Shown here: in pieces, positions 1-14,600 of the stretch
How positions within the stretch are numbered: position 1 is the stretch's first letter
How the letters are laid out: each line of letters begins with the position of its first letter
Assembly: GCA_002633005.1 (NCBI GenBank)
Contig: NMRA01000020.1
Coordinates: 608,673-672,672, forward strand
Direction of reading: 5' to 3'
DNA: 64,000 bases
Source of the DNA: Phoronis australis
Lineage: Eukaryota > Animalia > Phoronida
Notes under the pieces: generated by a model
Database searches by the model: none
Told to the model about the DNA's origin: nothing
Seen by the model: only the letters and a program-made list of their open reading frames with translations
Made by a program: the position numbers and the translations under genes

Positions 1-1559
1 CAGCTCAGCACCTGGCAGGTGGTATGCTACAGTCTTGCAATAAATACATAAAGTTGTTGTTCAACACTCAAAGTTTGACATACAGTAAAATCTTACCAAT
101 TTAGGAAAGAATGACTACGTTTATTTTCTCCTTTTTCATATCAAATAAACAGAACCAACAATAGATTTGCCACATTCAGATTTTGCATGACATCAACCAT
201 CACACAGAATTTTGAAAACCTCTGGGCACTCAAAACAATGTAAGAAGATCTTGAAAATTGACAATTGGCAATTATTATTGATGTCCGAAATTGGTGTGAT
301 TTTACCATAATCTCCGATGACTCTGTTAACAAACATACCCCATCAGTCCCATGCAAAACCCATGTTGTTACAGAGGGTATTGTTGCATGTATTGTCACAG
401 GAATTCATTTTTATGGTTGTTGGTATTGTGTCACCTGGCTAGATAGTTTTGATATTTAGTGCAGCAACAACCTTCTATCCATTACGTACAGGAGCAGGTA
501 TAATCCTAGGATTTTAAAACTATGAGCCAATGGGACCCACCATAGCCAAAAACAAGTCATTTTACGAAAAATTTCACAACTACAATACAGTTCCAGAAGA
601 TTTTTTGAAATGGCCTACAAATAACACTGCTCGTGACATGTGTTAAGCCAATGTCAAGATATCTTTTGGAAGACAAAGACAACTTTGCCAATTAAAGCAA
701 AATTTCCTAAAGTATTTGGTTTGCTGGTTATAAAATATTACTTAGAACGCGTAACAAAATAAAACCAATTCCATACTGAACCTTGTGGAAGCGAGATTGA
801 AGAATCGGCAAAAAAAGAAATTGGACAAAAACTGACACTGTATTTCGAACTGAACAGTTGTCATTAGCACTGTCCTGTAATCTATCTGCGTTACACAAGG
901 GTGAAATTTTTGATGAGTAATATTAATTTGATGTCCTATTTTATTTGGCCATTTATTACCCACATAAACTGCTCCAAAACTGAATTATATTTAACTGACA
1001 TGTATAATTTAATATTACGCGACAAGTCAAAAGCCAGTTTTTGCTAATTACCCACAATCTTGTCAGTGATCTTATTGATCACTACATGATATCATAACCA
1101 TTTCAAGACACATTTTGCTGGCTATTTGTATGACCAAGGATCATAAGTGAGTACTGTTTCTTTTTACGATCATTAAAAATGTTCTATTTGAACTGTTGTC
1201 AGTGTCAAACTTGATTAGTGGTGCTTTTTAAAAATTGTTTTATTTTTGGAACCACGGCAACCACATCTCACTTTTGTACATGAATCTTACAAATACATAT
1301 TAATTGTCTTCTTAATTGAAATGACTTGAATTTTGATGAAAAGTGAAGTGATCATCTGAAGAACTGAAAGAATTTAAGCACGGGGACAGTGTATGATACA
1401 CTCATGGTGGTCAATGATGAGCACATCACCATCTCAAAGCAGTTTTAGGAGGACAAACTTTGTGGTGGGCACTGACCAGATAAAGTGGTCCCTGATTTAG
1501 AATTTAGAAACGAGTTTCTACCGTGATTGCCTGAGTCCCTAAATCAGAGACCATTATAT

Positions 1560-1785
1560 TCGAAAAAGTTTCATAACGGGAGTATTTGTTCGAGTTGGAA
1601 GAACTTAAACACATCGACAACCTCCTAAGGTGTTCCTCTATGCGCAAAAGATATTTATAACAACGTGACTTTGATGGTTTAGTCGATGCGAGGCATAATT
1701 CGCCGAAAAGCTTCCGGCGTACAGAGCGCCTATAGCCTCTACACCACCTCTGGTTCGGGCCAACAGAGGCGATGGTCATTGCCTA
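1560..1785 (-). mobile_element. Truncated inverted copy of the 3186-4159 MITE family
   Basis: Reverse complement matches 3186-3243 joined to 3945-4110; one TIR ends at 1785. Confidence 0.85.
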
Positions 1786-3185
1786 ACGCTACCAAAGACT
1801 TCTCGTGATCTCACAAACTAGTGAGCAGGGTATACCACATAATGCATGCTAGAAGTATGTTTCAAAAGATCGCTCCCATGGCGTCACCCACCATGACACC
1901 ACAGGCGACCTAACATCGTGCCTATGTTCTTAATCATAGACTATCCCAAGCCATGGGCTAGCCAAGGCATATGACATGGTGCCTGGTGGTGTAAACTAAT
2001 ATAACTTAAATAAGGCTGATTAGTTTGAAGTTTTGGCAAGGTTAGTAAATAGTACATGATGCGGAACATATGAGTCTCGTGGGTTCCCTTGCTCAGTCAT
2101 ATTTACAGCAATTACTACTCACACCCTCGCAGCATTATATCTGTAATTCAACACTGTAGCTCGCGTCAAGTTGTTTTGCTGGAACAACTTGGAATTAGCC
2201 GGAAGTTATTGTTAGAAGTTAGAAACATTTGACAATTTCGAACAACGATGTTATCGTAAATAAAGAAATAATTTAAAATCTTAAGAGCTTCCATGCAGTT
2301 TGTGATTTACAAAATATTATATTTATGACCCAATATAATGCATGTGAATGTGAAAGAAACATGAATTTGAGTACTCCATTTTCTACGTGTAGCGTGTAGT
2401 CGTGGAGGAGATGAGACAGAAGTGACGTCAACGATCTCCATGTTGAAAATTGTGTGTTGTAACTGGGTAATGCAGGTGAGTTGGAGCGTTTTATCAATGA
2501 CTGTTGTTCTGTGCTTGTCTATGTTTATTCTTGGTTAGTGTTACGGAACTTTCTGAATCAATGAACGAACTTAAGAACCGTTCAGAATGAGGGAGACGCC
2601 ACGAAACAGCACATAGTGAAACGTATTCCGGGAAGCCGCGGCCGGGCACGGAAGAGTCTCGGACTAGACTCCAGAGTCAGTGCCTGTGATCATTTTGGTG
2701 CAAGTGGAACTCTACAGTAACTTGAAAACTCCATTAGGCGGTATCAGCTGACTAGTGCGAAGACGCACTTGTCCAAAGGTCTACAAGGTCAAAGAAGTCG
2801 GAACTGAGCCATAAAAAATTAAAATGCAATTTTTGTCTGCATTCTGCAAAACTCACTGTTGCGCCCGAAAACCATCACGAGAATCAAGTCAATTAGCCGA
2901 ACTAAAAATGTTGTGATTTGAGATTTTTGTAGAACGTCAAAATTCACTTCCATACGTCACCCTTGATGACTCAATTTTTCCTAGTAATGATCAATAGTTC
3001 GTGATCAACAATTCACGCCTTTGTTTAAATTAAGCTTTCTTAGCTTATGGGTGTTTAGTGCAAAGTATCATCTTTGCTTTGATGTCATATGAGTGCAAAC
3101 GCAGTAACATTTTTAAGATTGTTTTTCATTTCCATTCAGTGGTGTATGGAAGAGTCGTACAGAGAAACATGCACACCTTCGGATT

Positions 3186-4159
3186 TAGGCAATGACCATC
3201 GCCTCTGTTGGCCCGAACCAGAGGCGATGTAGAGGCTATAGGCTAGGGACGTGACAAAAAAATTCAAATTCTTGTTTAATATTTAAAAATGCATTGATTT
3301 AAAAAAACATCCAAAACAGATTCAAACAAAAAAAAAATTAACAAATTCCGTTGAGCCGTTGACTTTTTATGAACGTTTGAAGAGCGATAATTAGCCCTTT
3401 ATTTTAGTCCACTGAATACATGTAAATGAATGGGTGTATATGTGACCCAAAATTAGTTTTTTCACAATAACTTCCTCAATACTTTTAATAACAACGTGAA
3501 AATTTCAGGATATGACATTTACTTAGTGAGAGACATTTTTAAGACAACAAAAAATTCCAAATTCCAAAATGGCGGACAATATGGCCACCATTACGACTGC
3601 AAAAACGTCTTATTTTACGTTAACGAACTATATGGTGTGATATACCATTAACGAACTATATGGTGTAATATATCAAATGATAGGTCTTTTCATTGCTTTT
3701 TTGAANTCACATGCTTTAACAAGAATGAAAACACAACAAAGAAAATGACGTATGATTAGAAGAATTTACTGTCTACGTCATCAATAATGTGGTTCCCTGT
3801 TTTCTTGGTTTCTGGAGGAGAGAGAGTGGAAATACTATAGCCACCGTGAAACAATGGCTGTCTAATCGATAATCGCCATTACGCAACATCTGGGAAAAGC
3901 CAATCAGCGTTGAGATAAGACTTTGTCACGTCCCTACTATAGGCGCTCTGTACGCCGGAAGCTTTTCGGCGAATTATGCCTCGCACCGACTAAACCATCA
4001 AAGCCACGTTGTTATAACTACCTTTTGCGCATAGACGAACACCTTAGGAGGTTGTCGATGTGTTTAAGTTCTTCCAACTCGAACAAATACTCCCGTTATG
4101 AAACTTTTTCTTCGAGCAGTCCCTATTTCAGTTCCCAAAATCGCGATGGTCATTGCCTA
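3186..4159. mobile_element. Non-autonomous TIR element (MULE-like MITE), interrupted by a hAT MITE
   Basis: 17-bp TIRs TAGGCAATGACCATCGC / GCGATGGTCATTGCCTA; 9-bp TSD CTTCGGATT at 3177-3185 and 4160-4168. Confidence 0.85.
3244..3936. mobile_element. hAT-type MITE nested in the previous element
   Basis: 15-bp TIRs TAGGGACGTGACAAA; 8-bp TSD CTATAGGC (3236-3243, 3937-3944); the empty site is visible in the sister copy near 1716-1745. Confidence 0.88.
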
Positions 4160-4504
4160 CTTCGGATTAGCCTTGCCCTCGTGCACTTTCGAACAAGTGC
4201 ATCTTTGGACTACTAGGTAACCCCCACTTGGCAATGCGTCTTCCCTCGTCTGTCTTGCAACACTAGTTGTTTGTACTCTATGCACATGTTTATAGCCAAT
4301 ACTTCAGCTCAAACGGCGCTGATCCATCGAAACATTTTTTTTCAAATATCCTCTGAAATGAACAGAGATAGGGAGAAATTCCTGGTGTGGGAACAAAATA
4401 CTTACTGAACGTACAACAACTCACAAAATCAATGGAATCATTAATGGTCTCACTTGCTTATTTTTTGCTTCTTTTCACATCTATGTAATGTGGGGAACTC
4501 CTAT

Positions 4505-4885
4505 CTATAGGCGCTTCATACGCCGGAAGCTTTTCGGCGAATTATGCCTCGCACTGACTAAAACATCAAAGTCACGTTGTTATAAATACCTTGTGCGCAT
4601 AGAGGGATGCCTTAAGAGGCTGTTGATGTATTTAATTGACTTATCGCAAGCTCCGCCCCTTGCGTAATTTCGACAAACAAAACATTAATTTTTTTTCCGG
4701 CAACATGTTTTTGTCGGGTAAAAGGGCGACTTGAAAACGAAGGTGTGTCAAGAATGCTGCATTCTGATAGGTCAGTTAAGCTGTCACTTAAAATACTGGC
4801 GATAGGTCAATTCCTTCCAACTCGAACAAATACTCCCGTTATCAAACCTTTTTTTCGAACAGTCCCTTGGTCAGTTCCCAAAATC
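4505..4885 (+). mobile_element. Third, internally interrupted copy of the same MITE family
   Basis: ctataggcgc...cgccggaagcttttcggcgaattatgcc and cttccaactcgaacaaatactcccg...cagttcccaaaatcg match 3937-4143. Confidence 0.75.
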
Positions 4886-4922
4886 GGTAACTCGCCATTT
4901 TCACTCTGCGCACGCTAGGGGA

Positions 4923-4934
4923 TATGACGTCATA
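4923..4934. promoter_or_regulatory. CRE-type palindrome in the probable GALNT promoter / first-exon region
   Basis: tatgacgtcata in a CpG-containing stretch where the + strand becomes T/G-rich; candidate UTR donor AC|gtaagc at 5385. Confidence 0.3.
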
Positions 4935-7289
4935 CCACCTGCCGCGGTGCCAGTAGATACGTTTGTTAATGTGCAGTGTTAGTGTTACTAACTAGGAGGC
5001 ACTTGTCACTCTGTGGCTGGCAAGCAGGTTCTCCATAGGGTTACATGTTAGGCATTGACTCAAATCAAGTTCCCGCGATTGGTCCAAGCTGGTCCTCGCC
5101 TCAGGTGTTTAGTTCTGGGATCGCAGAACTAAGGCTTCTATGCTTTTCAAAACAAACTCAAGGTCTCTTCAAAACCAGTTCAGCTGTTTAAGTGAAAAAC
5201 TGTCTCGTAAACATCATTTCTTGCACCAGTACGCTCGTGGCATGCACATGCACCATTTGCTATCTTTCGGCAGATGATGTCAAATTCGCTGTTAGCAAAA
5301 ATTGCTCATAAATTCATTTTGTTGGTATTAAACTACTAAAAATCTGAAGTGAAACCAATTCTGATTATTTGTTGTAAAACTGTACGTAAGCGTTTAGAAG
5401 AGCAGTTGCTTGATGAATCAACAAAAAAGAAATTAGCCAATAGGTGACGCTTTATTTCATGCGGTGCAAGCTGAAGCATATTATCCCTCAACAAATTTAG
5501 CAACAGAATTATCATGGTAGCAAGGCCTTGCCTTAGCACTGCTCTAATTTATTTTACACGCAGAGTGGTTTTTAATAACATTAATTTTGTGTCGGATTTC
5601 ATTTGGCTAGGTTTTTACCCACATCATTCCAAAACTGTATTTATGCAGCTCTACATTAAGATTATTTACTGGCATACAGATAACCTTATAATTTCCCTGA
5701 CCATGAAGAAATTCCATATCCTCTGCCAAAAATAACAGTCAGCGACTAAAACTAAATTATTGTAGATGGACTGTATTTTAGTATGCACAAAGTTTATTCA
5801 CAAATTTTTTAATTGGAATGTAGAGGTTCTGGTGATCAAGATTTTGAGAACTGGTTTTTATCCACATAATAACAGGCCTCTTATCCAATGATTATGTGGT
5901 TCTTATAAAAGCAAGGACCACTCTAATTGTGTGAACTGTGCACATCTAAACCTCTTGTGTTTCTAACGGCAGGAGTCTGAATTTGGCAGTGAAACAAGAA
6001 ACTTTCGATCTTGTTAGTACAATTTTAAAGCAACTTTAAATCTGTGTTCTGTCAGTGAAACTAACTAATTGATGCTACTTACTTCTATAACATGTTATCA
6101 ACTTGCTCCTGACTGATATGAGACTTGGTTTCTCATCTTGGAAAAAAGGAGTTGAAAACTGGTGGCAACTGGTCAAGTGACTCCCAGAATACAAACTGTT
6201 GCCTGGCGGGCAATTTTTCTCCTCTTCTAGTCCAACAGAAAATTAAAGCGCATCCCCCTTTCGCTGGCTGTCGTCTTCCCCCACAGGCTCATTATCACAC
6301 AAAGACTCAGCTGTACCAGTACGGACGTGTGATGCAGGCAATCATGAATATGCCCTTCCTGTCCCATCTGTTTACTTCATGTAGTATTTTGAGCCCATGC
6401 TCGGATGTGCGCGCAGTGTCTTCTTGGTGATTTGGCGGCAATTCTGAGTACAGCATTTCAGTGACTTTTCCTTTTTAGGCCAGGTCAAGATCCATGTATT
6501 GCCTGCGTTGCGTGGAGTCAGAATCTATGTGTGTGTGAAAAGCCCATTTCCATGGAAGGGTAGTATTTCTCGTGACACCTGTCTAAAAACGAACAATTTT
6601 TGGTCAGCATCAGGGGTCAGTTCATTAGCTGTTCGAATGTTCATGAAACATGATCTTCGAGTCCTGAAAAGCATGCCGTAAGTAAGTAGCGCAACACTGT
6701 TTAAAGATCTCGCTGACCTAACTTTGGACTGGGCAACTCAATTTTCTGACTCCGTTTCTGAGTTACTGACCTGGCATATGAGACCTAGGTATGTATCTGT
6801 GGTATGAATGTGGCATGAGCATTTCAGTTTTATTCCCATTTCTTGGTCTTTTGTCCCTCTCTGTGATAGCAGACATCACCCACTCCCACTCATCTGTGTT
6901 CAAGATAAGATATCTTTGTAATACCTTTGTTTACTGTAACCTTGGAATTCAATGTTTAGTTTTTGTTCAATATATTTCAGTTTGATTATTGGCAACTGCC
7001 ATACCACAGTTGTGTCAATTTGTTTGAATTTGGGACATTTGTGCATGCAATAAATTGTGGAATACGTCAGCTGTGCAAGGCATTTAAAACGGGACATGTG
7101 CTGTTGCATGGCATGCACTGACAAGGTGTGGTTACACACCTTTCATTATTGATTAGCAGATTTCCATGACACGTTTGCAGTAAGTTGACCTGTTCAAGAA
7201 GGTTTAAAACACCTGTTGGCAAAGGAAACATAACTTAAATTTCGTTTTAATTTAGCATTAGGCAAACATCAAATGAAAGCGCTCCGAGG

Positions 7290-7600
7290 AGCGAAACTTG
7301 GCGAAATTAACTAAAAAGATGACGATAAAGATGATGACGAAGATGACGAATATGACGACGATGGTGGCGAGGATGAACAAAAGAAGTAATAATAACATAC
7401 ACATGACGAACGTAGAAGTCCGAAATCAGTAAGAAAAAGGCTACAGTCTCGAGCGACACTTGGCGAAATTAACGAAAAAGACAATGACGGAGATGATGAC
7501 GAAGATGATGATGATGATGGCGAATATTATGATGGTGGTGGCGATGATGAACAACATCACAACATTCATATGACGAACTTAGATGTCATAAATCAATAAT
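7290..7600 (+). repeat. Two-copy tandem duplication (~165 bp) containing GAT/GAC low-complexity runs
   Basis: acttggcgaaattaac...gatgatgacgaagatga...catgacgaac.tag occurs twice; stop codons present. Confidence 0.7.
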
Positions 7601-7666
7601 AAATAGGCTATGTACAGTCTAGTTCAATAGAAGATAAACCAACATCAATGCAGCAAGAGCGCTCAA

Positions 7667-8931
7667 CAGGGCTTCATCTAGGATTTCGAACATAGGGTGT
7701 CCAAAATGGGGTTCCCAATATTCCAGGGCGTCCATGATTCCAACGCCGCATTACCCCCCCCTCCCCACCCCATTCACCAGTAACCCCCCCCCCAACACAC
7801 ACAGTAAGGTTTTTTTACAATTAAAAAATGCGTTGAACAAGGCTTTCACACCTAAGTTTACAAAAACAGCTCCCTTGTATTGGGCTTTTTTAAGTATTAA
7901 AAAACTGTTGATNTTTTTTTAAGAAATTCAAAGTCAAATAACTCGAAAACGGTAAGTCTGAGAAAAAAATTGTTACAGGCCATTTGAAAGAATATACTTC
8001 AAAGATTTCACATGCAAAAAATCACGTCTTTTTCTCTTCCCGTTTAAAATCGCACTCCAGCACGACTGAAAATGGGTCAACATGTGCCAGATCCGCCATC
8101 TTGTATAATAGCATGTCATAAGAAACTAATACCTGTAACAATTCGAAGGAATTGGTCTTATAATGTGCCCTCTACAGGAGAAAACGTTTTTAAGCCAAAA
8201 TCGAGGTGCGCATGCGCGATCTCCGATATTTCCGCCATCTTTAACCGGAAGTAAACAATTTCCGGTATACTTGTAGAAAACTTCCTGTCCATTTACTGTG
8301 CCAATTCTTAACCTTTTACGTAAAAAATTGTAGCCTCCAGAAGCATTTGAACCTTTAAATGAAAACACAATGGCCGCCACAGCCACCATCTTGGATCCGA
8401 TTTTGACGAAAAACAATAGGCTTCCAGTACTTCCGGAAGTACTTGTTATGTGTAAATTTCGTGATGATCGGACGAAAATTGCGACCTTTATAGTGCGAAC
8501 AAAAAAAAACAAACAAACTTAGTGGAAGAGCAACATACTTGGCGAAATAAATTTCGCCAAGTAATAAACAAGGTTTAAATTTAGTATCACTGATGGCTTT
8601 CATTTTTTGCTGGTGTCATTGTTCGGTCCCGGTCATGTTAACTATAGATTGTACCAGCTGCCTGCTTCTAGTGAAGGATAGCTTAGCAAACTGCTTGAGT
8701 CTTGGTGTGAAAATAGTAGGCTACTTACAATAACAACAGTTGAACAAACTAACTTCTCTATTCAATGGACAGTTCCAACATGTCAATCAAGCTGCTTATT
8801 CCTGTCGTGGCATGGGGAATGCTAATTGCATTAGGATCATCTTCCATATTGTACGCTCATTTGGGATTTCAAAAATAAGTTGTCCAAATGGGCATCTGTG
8901 ACTGATGACGCGTCAGCCCTATTGAAAGCGC
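7667..8931. mobile_element. Composite non-autonomous DNA transposon region (CAGGG-terminus MITE with a nested repeat ending in hairpin tacttggcgaaa..tttcgccaagta)
   Basis: cagggcttcatctaggatttcgaacatagggtgtccaaa matches the element starting at 63911; degenerate right end near 8915-8931. Confidence 0.5.
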
Positions 8932-11476
8932 TGCTGCATTGTGGTATGTTTTTCGGTCTAAAGATCGTTAGTTTTCTCAAATTAAACATTTTAAGTTTTT
9001 TCCACGTATTTGCTTTTGCCCTTTATTCAAATGGCGGTTGAACAATAAATTCTTTTCATTTCGCATAATGTCTTGTTTTTGATCTTCAGTAAATTTCTCA
9101 ATACACATGTGCAGTAGAGGAATCAACCCGTGAAAAATAGAAAATGACAAGTTTGTCAATTGTTTTTACGAGCGTGAAATAGAGGGAAACTGGGCTACTA
9201 AACAACCTGTTCACAAAAAGAAATGGTGTAGAAATGTTACGTTACCAGTATAAATTTCCCCAACTAGAAATTACACTTCCAGTTACATTCTCGATGCTAG
9301 CGTTATTGACAAGGACCCTCTCTCTGTGCTTAGGTATTGTTCTTTTCTTTTATAGCCAAGAGTCTGTGGGGAATGGACGTGAAGTAGACCTACACAATTT
9401 TGGAGATGGGTGCAATTGCGGCAAACCTACATTAAGGTATAAAAAGTTTGAGTTTTACTTTATATAGTTCCATTGATTTTCAATCAAGGAGAGTTTAGCA
9501 AATGTTTTGTGACCTGTTTGTGGTGTTTTAAACCATAATCAAAAGTTCCAACCTTTGGGATATCAAAAATGAGTGTAGTGTTTGGAGAAAGCGCTCGCTA
9601 ACAACAAAAAAACGGTACCAGTAACGTATTGAAAATTTTATTTGATATAAATGTTCAAGATGAGATCTCAAAATGCTGTTACAGTTTTCTAAAATATTTC
9701 ATTTTCATTTCGTGCAGCTTAATTTTTTTCATGAAAATCATAGAAGTCCTATTTTCGATAGCCTCTTATGCAAAAGTTGGTCATTTTAAAACAATTCCCA
9801 ACAGTGTTCTGGAGAACGTTACATGTGAATCTCATGCACCACTTTTGAGATATAATGTTCTCAAGTTTGCCAAATTGGGAATTTTTCTAGGGTCCTACGT
9901 GACCTCGATGTTTTCTAAGGAATAAAGATGCTCATCCAGTTGTGCACATGCCACTTTTTGTGTTGTAAAATTATGATGTGAGAAGGTCAAGGTCACATGA
10001 GTTAGAAATAGAACAGTCATGAAATGTGTTGATTTAGGAATTAGGGAAATTAAACGCATAGTATGGAAGATGGGTAACAATGTCAGGAGTTGAAAAGTGG
10101 ATGTACGAAATGTCGGCGGATATTTGATGAATGGTTAACTACTTAAACAGACCAACAGGCATATCAAGTTGAGATTTGGTGCCTTAATACTGATGGGTGT
10201 GGCCTGTTTTGGCACCAGCCGCATTTTTTTTTGCTTTCATTTTTATTTTTAAAAAGTTAATATGTCCTTGAGATGAACGACAACCTTAAACGGAATCCAA
10301 ATTCTGCTTTCATTGGAAAGTAGCAAAAACATCGGGGACAGTGAATCAGTTACCATGTCGAAGGATTAACGTGGTTTGAGATACCATGGTTACCTGTTGG
10401 TCATTAGTAAACTGTGACCAGGGTTTCAAAACAACACATTGTGAAGAATAAAACAAATTTTTTATTCAATCATTTTAACAAATTTTTTATTCAATCATTT
10501 TAATCAGACTATACTGAATACACTGTAATTTTCTCTTTTTGGAAGATAGCTGGTCTTTGGACCTTAACTGTTGAGTGTTCAACTTGACTTAAAGGGTAAT
10601 TTCCCATTAGTTAAATCTGCTATGTACTTGCTTTCAGTCCCAACTAACTTTTGATTTAGACCTCATGTCTATACAATACTGGTCCCAACCTGGTCCATAC
10701 TGTTAGTGATTTCAGGACTTCTGACTACAACTGATGGTTTCTTGTAATTGAAATAGTTGTAATTATAAGAGGGCATTTCTCAAAGTGTACTGTTTTGGGC
10801 TCAGTGGGAATTCTGAGTACCGTATTGAAAATGAGAAAAGACCAAGTGGGGTCCAATGTTGAACATGTGCAATCCAAGTACAAACCTCCTGGACTATGTC
10901 GTATTCGAAGCATTTCGTTGGGTAAAGTTTCCGTTTTTGCCCATCCTAGCCCGTTTTGTCAAGATAATATCAAGCTTTTTGTGGATGGGACTTTAATTAA
11001 ACTTTTGATACATGTTACTTTCTCAATTACAGGCTGTTATTTCTGAGACCATGTTGGTGTCTTCACAAAGCATTGGCAAATGAGTGCTCTTAGCATAATG
11101 ATGCAAGTCAGGCATCAAAGATGGAGAAACGATGACTTCCACTAAAGACAGCAGCCTGTTGATATCTTGTACATACACATGATCACTCTGTGCCTTAGGG
11201 AATACCAAAAAACAGTGTGTTTACAGGAAAATCAATAATAATATTCCGTTGATCTTGTGTCTGGTTCAGTAAAAAAAGTAGACCACAGGTGGGATCAGTC
11301 TACTCTCTTAGAGCCGCAGCGAGATCAAGCGATTACACTTGGGCTTTATTAGTGGACATGGCGCTTGCCGACAAGTTGAAGTGTGTGTACAAATTACATT
11401 GCTGAGAAAAGTGGCATTGCGAAGTTGGCTCTACTGGTGTGAATTTTGGATTACAAAGGGTTGATTAGAAGTCGAC

Positions 11477-11675
11477 ATGAGGCTGTTCAGATATCAGTAC
11501 TGTAAAGTGATCATAGCCACGTCCTTGGTGTGGTTCCTGCTAGATGTGGCCATACTTATGTACTTCACGGACTGTACGTCTCAGTCGACGACGGACTGCA
11601 AGAACAGTGGCCAGGTTGAGAAGAAGGACTCTCAAAAGAAAGAGGGAGGTTTCCTAGAAAAGCTATTACCCAAAG
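11477..11675 (+). CDS. GALNT1: GALNT coding exon 1 (cytoplasmic tail, type II TM anchor, start of stem)
   Basis: [33 protein letters not shown] closely resembles the GALNT1 N-terminus; donor AAG|gtatg, phase 1. Confidence 0.93.
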
Positions 11676-14600
11676 GTATGCTGTGTGGTGATCGCTGTAT
11701 TTGTATGCTTTGTGTGTAGTTTGAACATCTGGGCTTGAACCAACCAAATCGCTGTCCAGAAACGAATTGTTTGTTGATGCTGTCTGTAGCCTCAACTTGC
11801 GCGTACTTTGTACAACAGAGTGCCCAAGTAAGTGTGTATATTCCTCTAATTCATCTGGATGTGCCTCCGTCCTAGACAGTGGTTCATCTAGTGTGCATAA
11901 TGTTTCAACTTTATGTGGTCACTCATTGGCACCTGGCAAGTGCCTGAAGCTTTCCTGCCTCTTAAGTGCATTGCAAAGTGGTAATAGTCGGATATAATAC
12001 GCCCACATTTTAAGGACCAGTTTGATGTCTGTTATTCAGTGTAGTAAAGTGGTTCATAAAATGCGGGCACGTTGTATCCGACTTTTGCCTCGCAAAATTT
12101 CCTCAACAAACCAACGAGTCTTTTTCTGAACTTTGGCAGCTACCAGTTTTGCTTGTAACAATTCACCTTTAGTCTCACTAAGTGTCAAGGCAAGGCTTTA
12201 ATTCTTGTGTTAAAAGTTAAGTGCAGTCCACCATGAACAGTTCCTGATAAGACTTCCAGACAAGTCCAGTAACAGAGTTAAAGCTGCCTCTCGCCCTGTT
12301 TTGCCATCGAAAAACGAAAATTGAATTGAGCTTTTTACTCCCGTTAAATCGGTTCTGTTCCTTACCATGATACGTTTCCGTTTGCCTTACCAACTCATGT
12401 CGTGGGCAATGCATACAACTCATGTCTTGAGCAATGCATACAACTCATGTCTTGGGCAATGCATACAACTCATGACTTGGGCAATGCATACAACTCATGT
12501 CCTGGGCAATGCATACAACTCATGTCTTGAGCAATGCATACAACTCATGTCTTGGGCAATGCATACAACTCAAGTCTTGGGCAATGCATACAACTCATGT
12601 CCTGGGCAATGCATACAACTCATGTCTTGAGCAATGCATANTGAGTATTTAACGCTGCAGGTAAGAGCATAATCTAAACATTTTCTCGATGATCTAAAAA
12701 ATCTATTTTGGCGCGTAAAAAAGCGAGAAAATTTTGCGACTTGGCATTTACGAATGCGAGCTGGATTTTGAAAATGCGACCTGGGATTTTGGCTAGGTCG
12801 CAAAATGCGACCTGGCGATTTTAATAGCGTCGAGCCCTGATCATGTTGACACATTAAGACATATTACGATACATGTTTTATCAAAGTAAAAGGACTAATT
12901 CAATTTTCGTTCTCAGACAGCTAAAGAGGGTGAAATGCAGCTTTACTTAGGAAACATTGCTTGCCTTTATCTTTCTGCTATTAATTTCCAATGTGGTTGA
13001 CCTACTGATATGTGAATTTTTGAATGTTTTAGTTGGCTAATTCGGGATTTAGGAATTCATGATATCTCTATGTTCAGAGGGACCTTATCAGGAATTCTTC
13101 ATGTTGGAGCCTCCATTAGTCACTATTTTACAGTATTCATTTTAGGTCCATGTAACAATTTTTATGCGCCCACATATTAAATATTTATGGACGCATTACG
13201 TTATCTTGTCTGGTTGATCGGTTGTCAAGTTGTTCTGTATACATTTTAAAAAGCCCCTGGTCGTGTCTTGATGAAATTTGGTGCAATAGTGTGGGGCATT
13301 GTGAGGTCGATGTATTCCACTTTTCAGTATGCCAGGAGGTTAGGCATTCATTGTTTTTGCGAGGAAATAATGTTTCTGGATGATGTCTAGAGAACCAATG
13401 TACAGTCTTCAGTGGAATTTGTTACAGAGGTGTGTGATTGCAATGCTCTGGCCTTGCTTGATTTTCGAGCATATTCGACTACTGCAGCACATTGCATTGC
13501 CATTGATGTCATGACAAAAGTTTTTCTCAGTACTTCTGGGGAAGATTGTTTCCAGACGATATCTAGAAAACGGTTTGACAGATATTTATGAATCTTGACT
13601 TGAGTTAAAGATGTGTGCGAGCACCTCTCCATATATTTTGGCAAATTCACCTGTTGCATCTCACCTTATTTTGGTGTCATTATGGGGCTGTGAGTATGGT
13701 AAAGTCTCACCAATTTTGGACAAAAATGATTTTAAAAATTGCTCTTTTTTATTCTTCGAGGGCTTCTATGGTTATTTTGAAAAATTGTGGGCATTTGCAT
13801 TTGCTGCTGGTAGCTGTGGTGCACAACTTAGTCATCATGGCAAAGCATCATACTAGTATATGATTTATGAAAAAAAATGAGAGAATAAAATTTCACCTGT
13901 GCATTATATTGTATCCTAAATTGATGAGTTTTCTGTACTTTTGGGATAGAAAAGTGTTTCCGGATCATATCTATCTGGAGAACTAATTGACAGAGTCTAA
14001 TGACAATTGACACAGAGGTATGTGATGACAAGGCGCCGACAACAGTTGATTTTGGGCTTAATTGGAGTATTGCGGCATCTCATGGTGGCCATTTTGTCTC
14101 TGCGAGGGGCTCTTCCTGTATTTTTGTGATGGAAGGACATTTCTAGAGGATATCTAAACAACCAATTGAAGGATTTCAATGAAACGTGACATAGAAATGT
14201 GCGACAGTGATGTGCCAGCATCTGTCAATTTACAAGTGGATTGGACTGCTGCAGCATCCCCTTTGGAGATGACGTCAACTACCAGTTTTGGACAGTCCCC
14301 ATTGTGTCCTTTTTGTATATTGTTGTATCTGTCAAATCTCATGAATGTTCTTTATTAAAAGAAGTAGACTACACCTGCTCATTTTAGATTGCTAGTGTGT
14401 TCCATTGTGGCATTTTCATTTCTTTTTCAAAAATGTTGAAAGTTGCTCATTTTTTAAAACTTTTTGATTTGATATTAGTTTAAATGGTAAGGTACCAACG
14501 TCGTCGTGTGTCAATTCTGACTATTGCAGTGATCGTCCAATTGGTGTCTCCTTGTACCTTTCATGAAGTTGATGAGCACCCCTAGAAACATACCGTTTGT

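Noticed and set aside
7320-7560. Asp-rich (biomineralisation-like) coding sequence
   Set aside because: Short GAT/GAC runs broken by stop codons, no convincing splice sites, and embedded in a repeat.
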